A stretch of DNA of 63,599 nt, filler included, from Pelomyxa schiedti (Eukaryota > Protista > Evosea), in assembly GCA_020536535.1 (NCBI GenBank). It is 9 parts of 9 records of this genome, joined end to end, with 100 filler letters (N's around TTAATTAATTAA, not from the genome) between each part and the next. Parts side by side here need not be neighbours in the genome. Positions count along the whole stretch, not along the records: positions 51,700 to 61,968 come from JAHLWZ010001272.1; positions 62,069 to 63,599 come from JAHLWZ010002438.1; 7 more parts are not named here. One strand, written 5' to 3'. The position numbers were made by a program, and so were the translations under genes. The notes under the pieces are model-generated. The model had not been told where the DNA came from. It made no database searches and was given only the letters and a program-made list of their open reading frames with translations. The stretch's first letter is position 1. The number at the start of each line of letters is the position of its first letter. Shown here in pieces: positions 57,813-63,599 of this stretch.

Positions 57813-58864
57813 ATGTTTAACAACGACGCCGGGGGCAGGGACACGTTCCTACCACATGGGTACGTTGTAATTATGGGATGTTGGGAGTCCTGTTGCTGTT
57901 GTTTATTGGTTTTGGTGTTTCTACATAGTCACTCGTGCATTCGTAGGCATAAATTCCTGATAAAATGCCCTCTTTTTTTTTTTAATCATTGTGCTGTGAT
58001 TGTAACATAATATACAGAGGGGGGATGGAGTTTATGGCACCGCCAGAGAGTGGGACCCACGGCCAGTCATTTGCCAGCGAACCCCCATTGCTGGAGGGTA
58101 TGTACTTTTTATATATATATATATATATATAATTTTCTCCTCCCCACCGTGCCGTTGCACAGTGGAGCGCTTGTCAAAGTAACAACATCAAATAACAACC
58201 ACAACATTAATCCACCTACGCGTAGAGCTGGAAATCAATTTCTCCCATATTTGGGCGAAGACCAAGGCTGTGCTCAACCCTTTCAGAGACATTGACCCCA
58301 ATTTGATGGACGACACTGACTTGGCTGGTCCAATACTTTTTTGTTTCTTACTCGGTGTATTATTACTCCTGGTATGTGATGCTCTTTTTCTCTTAGCCTA
58401 ACATAATTAACTAAAGTCCTTTCTTCCCTCACTAGGTTGGAAAAGTGCATTTTGGGTATATATTCGGGCTTGGTGCAGTTGGATGCATGGGAATGTGGTC
58501 TGTGCTTAATTTAATGAGTGATAGAGGGGTGGACATGTACAAGGTGATAAGCGTTTTGGGATACTGTTTACTGCCCATGGTTTTCCTTGCCGGGCTATGT
58601 GTTTTTATTCCCATAAGGTACCGATCCTATTCCGGAACACTACGCATAACCTCATTAAGATCAACTCTGGGATTTACGAGTGCATTTCTGTTTGTATCAT
58701 GGTGCACATACTCCGCTTCAGTAATTTTTGTAAAGGTAGTTACTGCAATTGCCAATTTCACTCTCACACCTATCAAGGTTCTACAAATGGTTGAGCAGCG
58801 GATATTGGTTGCCTACCCGGTGGCCATGCTCTATGCCTGCTTTGCCTTACTCACACTCTTTTGA
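57813..58864 (+). CDS. YIPF5: Yip1-family protein, YIP1/YIPF5-like; multi-exon
   Basis: EPPLLE|ELEINF; DDTDLAGP; [10 protein letters not shown]; [11 protein letters not shown]; [22 protein letters not shown]. Confidence 0.9.
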
Positions 58865-58906
58865 AATGTCACTTGTATAACAAAAAGAAAAACAAACCTT
58901 TTTATA

Positions 58907-61295
58907 TCAGCCCAACCTGTTCTTTTTTTTGATTGGAGAGCCGGTTCTTTGACTTACATTCGGCGGTAATCCTGGTTCCCATATGATGTCCTTGAGCCAT
59001 ACTGGTAAGTTTTTGCTCGACTTCCCACTCAGGTCCCTTGGAGTTATTCTGAAGTGTTGTATGAACCACATCGCTGTGTCCTCGGTGTATTGCCCTCGTA
59101 CACCCATGGCACGAATAACCTTGTCTGGCTGTATGAGCAAAGTGTCAGCTTTAGTGATGGAAAATCTCTCACAAAGCCACTTGAGAGGCTCCAGTGCAGA
59201 GCTTGTGCAAAGGTCCACAATGAACTTGCTACGTAGGTCGGCCTTGGTAATCCTCAGAGTATCTGCCATCCACATGGCTTGCCTGAAGTTTCCTATTTGC
59301 ACACAGGCTTGGAATTGATCAACTCGGGCTGGGAAGTCATATTCTCTGCTCAGAGGTACAAGGTCATGAACGGCCGGTAACAGGTTCATGCATCCGTTCC
59401 TGCCTGGAAGTGAGAGTAGTTCCGCCCACATGGAGGTCAGGTGGAATTCCGAGATATTGCTGAAGTACTGGAGGTACCAGTACACAAGAGAGTTTCCTGG
59501 TCCTATCTTTTTCTGGTATTGAACATCATACTTAGCTGCTACCTCGAGCAGCTCACCCAGGGATAGCTCTTTCAGATCAAAGTGCTTGGTCATAGCCTTG
59601 AACCCAACAGGGCACAGATCCTCTCGTGATTCCATTATTATGGTTGTAACTTGATCCAGAGTGAATTTAGGGGCAATCCAATCAACAAGCAGTTGAACAA
59701 CCTGCCAATACATTTTGTATAAACGAGGAGATGGCCCAACTGGCACCAATTTAAGAACTCTGGATAGAAACTCACCACAAGAATTGGCAAAAAGAGAGTT
59801 CAAGTCGAACTTGTTGAAAAACCAGTCAATTGCTGGTACACAGCAGCAACAGCCCTCGATTATATGAGCTATTTCTTCTGTGTTCCATTGAAATATAGAA
59901 GCTAGATAGTTTGCAACTAGAAATTTAGGAGGTTCCAGTGTGAAATTTGCAGCCCCAGGAACCTTGGTGCGAATTTCGTGACCCAGAAGCAGAGCAGTGA
60001 TAAGAAGAGTCCTGGGAATTTCGTGTTCTCTTATAGCCAGTGTGGTGACCAGCCATTGCACACCTTCAACATTGTCTGTTGTGCAACATTCGTAGATAAT
60101 CTCCCAAAGATGATCGCGAATACTTGGGATTCCCACATTAATTACAAGTCTTGCGGCTTCGAGGTTATTGTATTTCAAGGCTGCCTTGATCATTCCAAGG
60201 CATTCATATTCAGAATTGGCCCTATTTTGTATTATCCTTTGCAAGAGACTGATGCCATTCGATTTGCAGGCGTTAACAGCCAGTTCTGGAGCAAAATAAA
60301 GCTCAGAGAGGGAAGAAATTCCCAGCAGATTCTGTAGCACCGCTACTTTCGATTCATCGCCAAGATGAAAAGCTGCGGTCAGTACATGACGCCTTAAGGA
60401 ATCTAGGCTAATGTGCAAATTGTGGGAGGTACTTAATCAGGGCCGCACATATTTCCAAAGAACCCACAGAAGCTGCAGTTTTCAGTGCCTTAAAGTATGT
60501 AGCAGTCTGCAGTGCGCCAGTATTATTCATTGCATACTTGAACACTGGAAAGGAACCAGACTTACATGCAAAAATAACTGCGTCGCTGTTGTGGTTCCTG
60601 TCAAACAGTTCCACGCACTCCAAATTTCCACCCAAATAAGCACAATTCCGCGCATTTCCGTGTTCTGTGTCAAGTGATAGTGGCATCCCATGATTGTGGG
60701 AAAACCACTCCGCAAAATCCGCATGGCCGTGACCAACAGCAAACGATATAGGCCCAGGGTAGTAACGTGAGTACATGATATGGTCCTCGGGGTCCAGGCG
60801 GCGAGATATCCATCCAGCCAGCCGGATGCAATTATGGGTTGCCGCGGCGCACGCGGCGTTGAATGGGTTTCCCAACTGGCGAATAAGGGCGGCTCCCATA
60901 AGTGCCCTTAGCGGGAACATTGCCTCCCCACACTTGCATACAATTTCCTCGCAAGCCCCCTCGTAGTGCCGCATGTGTTCCCATAATCTCCCAACCGGCC
61001 ACACCCTTGCCGGCTTCTTGGTCCTCCCCGTAGTACTTGTTGCGGCTGACTGTTGTGGTACTTCGTCGGACCCATAAACGTCTTCGTCGTGCCATTGGTT
61101 ACTGTGCACGCTGGGCGTGGGACAACCACAGAAAGCGATAATGGGAGCAGGAGGCTTGCCGGTGCAGCTTCTTGAGGGGAACAGCCGAGGGAGTACGATT
61201 CGCCACGTGATCCACGACACCCCCAGCGCTCTGTCGATCCCCAATTGGCTGGTCTCGGGACTGCGCGGTGGCACCAATGCCCGGTCGGTGTCCAT
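58907..61295 (-). CDS. Ankyrin-like repeat protein; two ORFs joined by a possible 25-nt intron (60408-60432) or broken by a frameshift
   Basis: Repeated AC..G...A.WL...F units in both ORF 60408-61559 and ORF 58907-60418; ATG 61295 (MDTDRALV). Confidence 0.7.
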
Positions 61296-61439
61296 CGAGT
61301 TTTTTTCTCTGAAGGAATTACCAAAAAACAAAAAAAAAAAAAAAGAAAAAACACGAGAGGTGACGAGGGACTGCAGGTGTGCGGAGATCTTTGTGGTGCA
61401 CAGATGACGATAATAATAACATAAACGCAGACAACCAAG

Positions 61440-61968
61440 ATGCAACTGCACGTTAGACTTGCGTCGGGGCGGCAGATCTCGGTCAACTTTGACGGCGAAT
61501 TTGCTCGGGTTTACGACGTCGCTACGTATATCAAACTTTACGAAGGTTGGTTCGTTCACCGGTTTTCTCCCTCTTTTTGTGCCGCGGTTTGGTTTTGACT
61601 TTTTTTTCTCCTGCAGGAATAAATGACGATGAAGTGGCCTTCTGCCGAGGAGGAAGATGGCTCGCTTTTGATGAGGTTCTGCATAACCACGACGACCTCG
61701 ATATCACTTTTAGGTATACCGCACTTTAATCGAGGCTTCATTATCAATGCACTTAAACTTAGGATACTCGGAGGAATGAAGTCTAATACCACAGTATCCA
61801 GCAATTCCGATACACCCTCAGGAATGCCTTCGTCAAAGCCTGTTACGAACATCAAAGGAAAGTGCACGGTACCGGAATGCAAGAAGCGATCCGTGCTGAT
61901 TGTTGGTGACTGCAAGTACTGCTCTGGGCACTTTTGTAACGATCACAGACTACCGGAAGACCACTCAT
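61440..61968 (+). CDS. Ubiquitin-like domain fused to an AN1 zinc finger (ZFAND4-like architecture); 2 introns; 3' end lost
   Basis: MQLHVRLASGRQISV...E|GINDDEVAFCRGGRWL...ITFR|ILGG-MKS...CTVPECKKRSVLIVGDCKYCSGHFCNDHRLPEDH. Confidence 0.85.
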
Positions 61969-62183
61969 NNNNNNNNNNNNNNNNNNNNNNNNNNNNNNNN
62001 NNNNNNNNNNNNTTAATTAATTAANNNNNNNNNNNNNNNNNNNNNNNNNNNNNNNNNNNNNNNNNNNNCGGAGGGAGACAGGCGACCTAGAACTGATTCG
62101 AATCAGTGCCTGTAAGGTGGGAAGAACCACCATTGTAGTGGTTGTCATAGGTTCGGGAGCTCGCCACTGATGATTCGAGAAAA

Positions 62184-63380
62184 ATGTACGCCGACGGTCC
62201 ACTGACCTGCGCGTTGACGAGCAGCGTTGCGACTCTGGATGCGTGGCTGCAGCTCCTCGCGTTCGCAAGCGCGAGCCACCCGCGGTGCGGAGCCACCAGC
62301 GCGGCGCGGTCGCTGTGGCTCCACGGCCCATCCGCCGCGGCGGCGGTCCGCGACGCCTGCTGCGTGAGGGGGGGCACGAGCGCGCGATGTGACAGCAGCG
62401 GTTGTGGTTCACAGATGTTCTGCCTCGTGGTGAGGTACCGCCTCGTCACGTTTGGGATCTCGCCCGTTTTGCTTGGTGTCACTCACGGCCCTGCTGTGAG
62501 CGAGTGGGGCACCGGGCTTAAGTTCACGTTGGTTGGCTGCGACCGCGCTTTGACGTGCTGCCTCGCCGTGGGCTGGGATTTGGTGCTGTGCGGAACGGGT
62601 GCCCACAATTGGGATTACGGGACCGCCAAGGTCATCATGAAGAGAACCGAGTTGGAGAGCCCAGGACAGCGTTGGATCTCAAACAACGAGAGGTGGATGA
62701 TGTAGTGCACAGAGGGAAAGGTTGTGGTGTTCGACCTGTGGTGTGATGAACCAAGGGAATCGAGGGTGACTGTGAGTGAAACTATCTCTAGTAGGGAGCC
62801 ACACTTCATCTGGTCAAAGTACATCCTCGACGAGGTTGTGCTCATTGTTCCGGAAGCTGCTGCCGAGGGCTCAAAAATGCTTGTGGCTGTTGATGTGTTG
62901 AGGACCTTCACGGAGACACGCCTGTGTGTCATGAGTGTGACCTCGCTTCCAATTGGTAATGTGTGGAATAACATGTATGGTGAGACCCTGCACATGAAGG
63001 GAGAAGGCGGGGTGGAGTGTGTTGTGGTTGACAATTCCTTTAGTGCTGAGCCTGGCGTTGTTCACGTCGCTCTGCCAGGTGGAAAACTGATGTACCTCAC
63101 AAGGGGCACCTGTGGCCTGTCACAGTTGAACAGGCACCAGTTCTGCATTCAGTCGTACCCAGGAGGTTCACCATTGTTTGAGGTGTGGGACTGCAACAAC
63201 GTGACAGCACCACTGAGTTCCATTGAGACCTCCAAATTAACTCGTGTTGTTGGGGGGTCAGGGTTCCTGTTTTCCACAACGAAGGGCACACTGACTGTGA
63301 CAGAGGCATCCTCTGGGTTCCTGGTTCTCACCCTCTCCCTCAGTGTTTCACAAATTGTTATACACTCTTCTTACTTGTGA
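62184..63380 (+). pseudogene. HPRCG-box family gene with a single in-frame TAG at 62703-62705
   Basis: AWLQLLAFASASHPRCGATSAAR; ORFs 62184-62705 and 62724-63380 are in the same frame; C-terminal FEVWDCNN and GSGFLF..VTEASSG. Confidence 0.7.
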
Positions 63381-63574
63381 CAACTTATCACTGGCAAATA
63401 CAAAATCCTTCAGAGACTGAAAAAACTGTACACTAAGGCCAAACTCCCTTAGACTGTTAGAAATCATTTTTGGTAGTGCAAAAACGTACTCCACAACGGG
63501 GATATTTTCCTTGTCAGTAACTGAGAATGACGTTTTCAGGGTGGTTGTGGTGGTGCTGTTGTGGGTGTGGTTCT

Positions 63575-63599
63575 GAAGAAGAAGAAGAAGAAGAAGAAG
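63575..63599. repeat. (GAA)n microsatellite running off the window end
   Basis: Directly visible. Confidence 0.95.

Noticed and set aside
52015-63380. Apparent ubiquitin operon (E1, Ubl-AN1, HPRCG-box gene)
   Set aside because: Eukaryotic genes separated by unrelated genes and, for the last one, by an artificial linker; proximity is not evidence of a functional cluster.

Overview
Gene-dense eukaryotic (protist) DNA, not prokaryotic. It has nine contigs joined by eight artificial 100-nt linkers (44 N + TTAATTAATTAA + 44 N), so adjacency across a linker means nothing. The conserved genes are packed with short GT-AG introns of about 40-55 nt: SAP-PNKP, GRAM-VASt sterol transporter, CEP83-like, TALE homeobox, clan-A glycoside hydrolase, Zn-alcohol dehydrogenase ending in SKL, GH16 glucanase, VMA12, UTP3, ubiquitin E1, a head-to-head YIPF6/YIPF5 pair and a Ubl-AN1 fusion. 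There are also two tRNA-Leu genes. The overall style suggests an archamoeba such as Pelomyxa, but this is inference from memory and not verified. Three things stand out. (1) An expanded, intronless, rapidly turning-over family has a conserved N-terminal RxQxxALxxxxHPRCG box and a divergent beta-rich C-terminus. It includes at least 7 copies, one nonsense-disrupted copy and orphan box remnants, and sits among unusual F-box and ankyrin architectures. It is a candidate lineage-specific repertoire of ubiquitin-ligase substrate adaptors. (2) A decayed PIN/asteroid-like gene at 26.4-27.9 kb carries two near-perfect fold-back duplications with 108-118 bp arms, a candidate hairpin-RNA locus. (3) Duplicated sequences differ mostly by CpG transitions and many genes have sharply GC-rich 5' ends, pointing to CpG methylation with unmethylated 5' islands. 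All exon and intron calls were made by eye, so boundaries are approximate.
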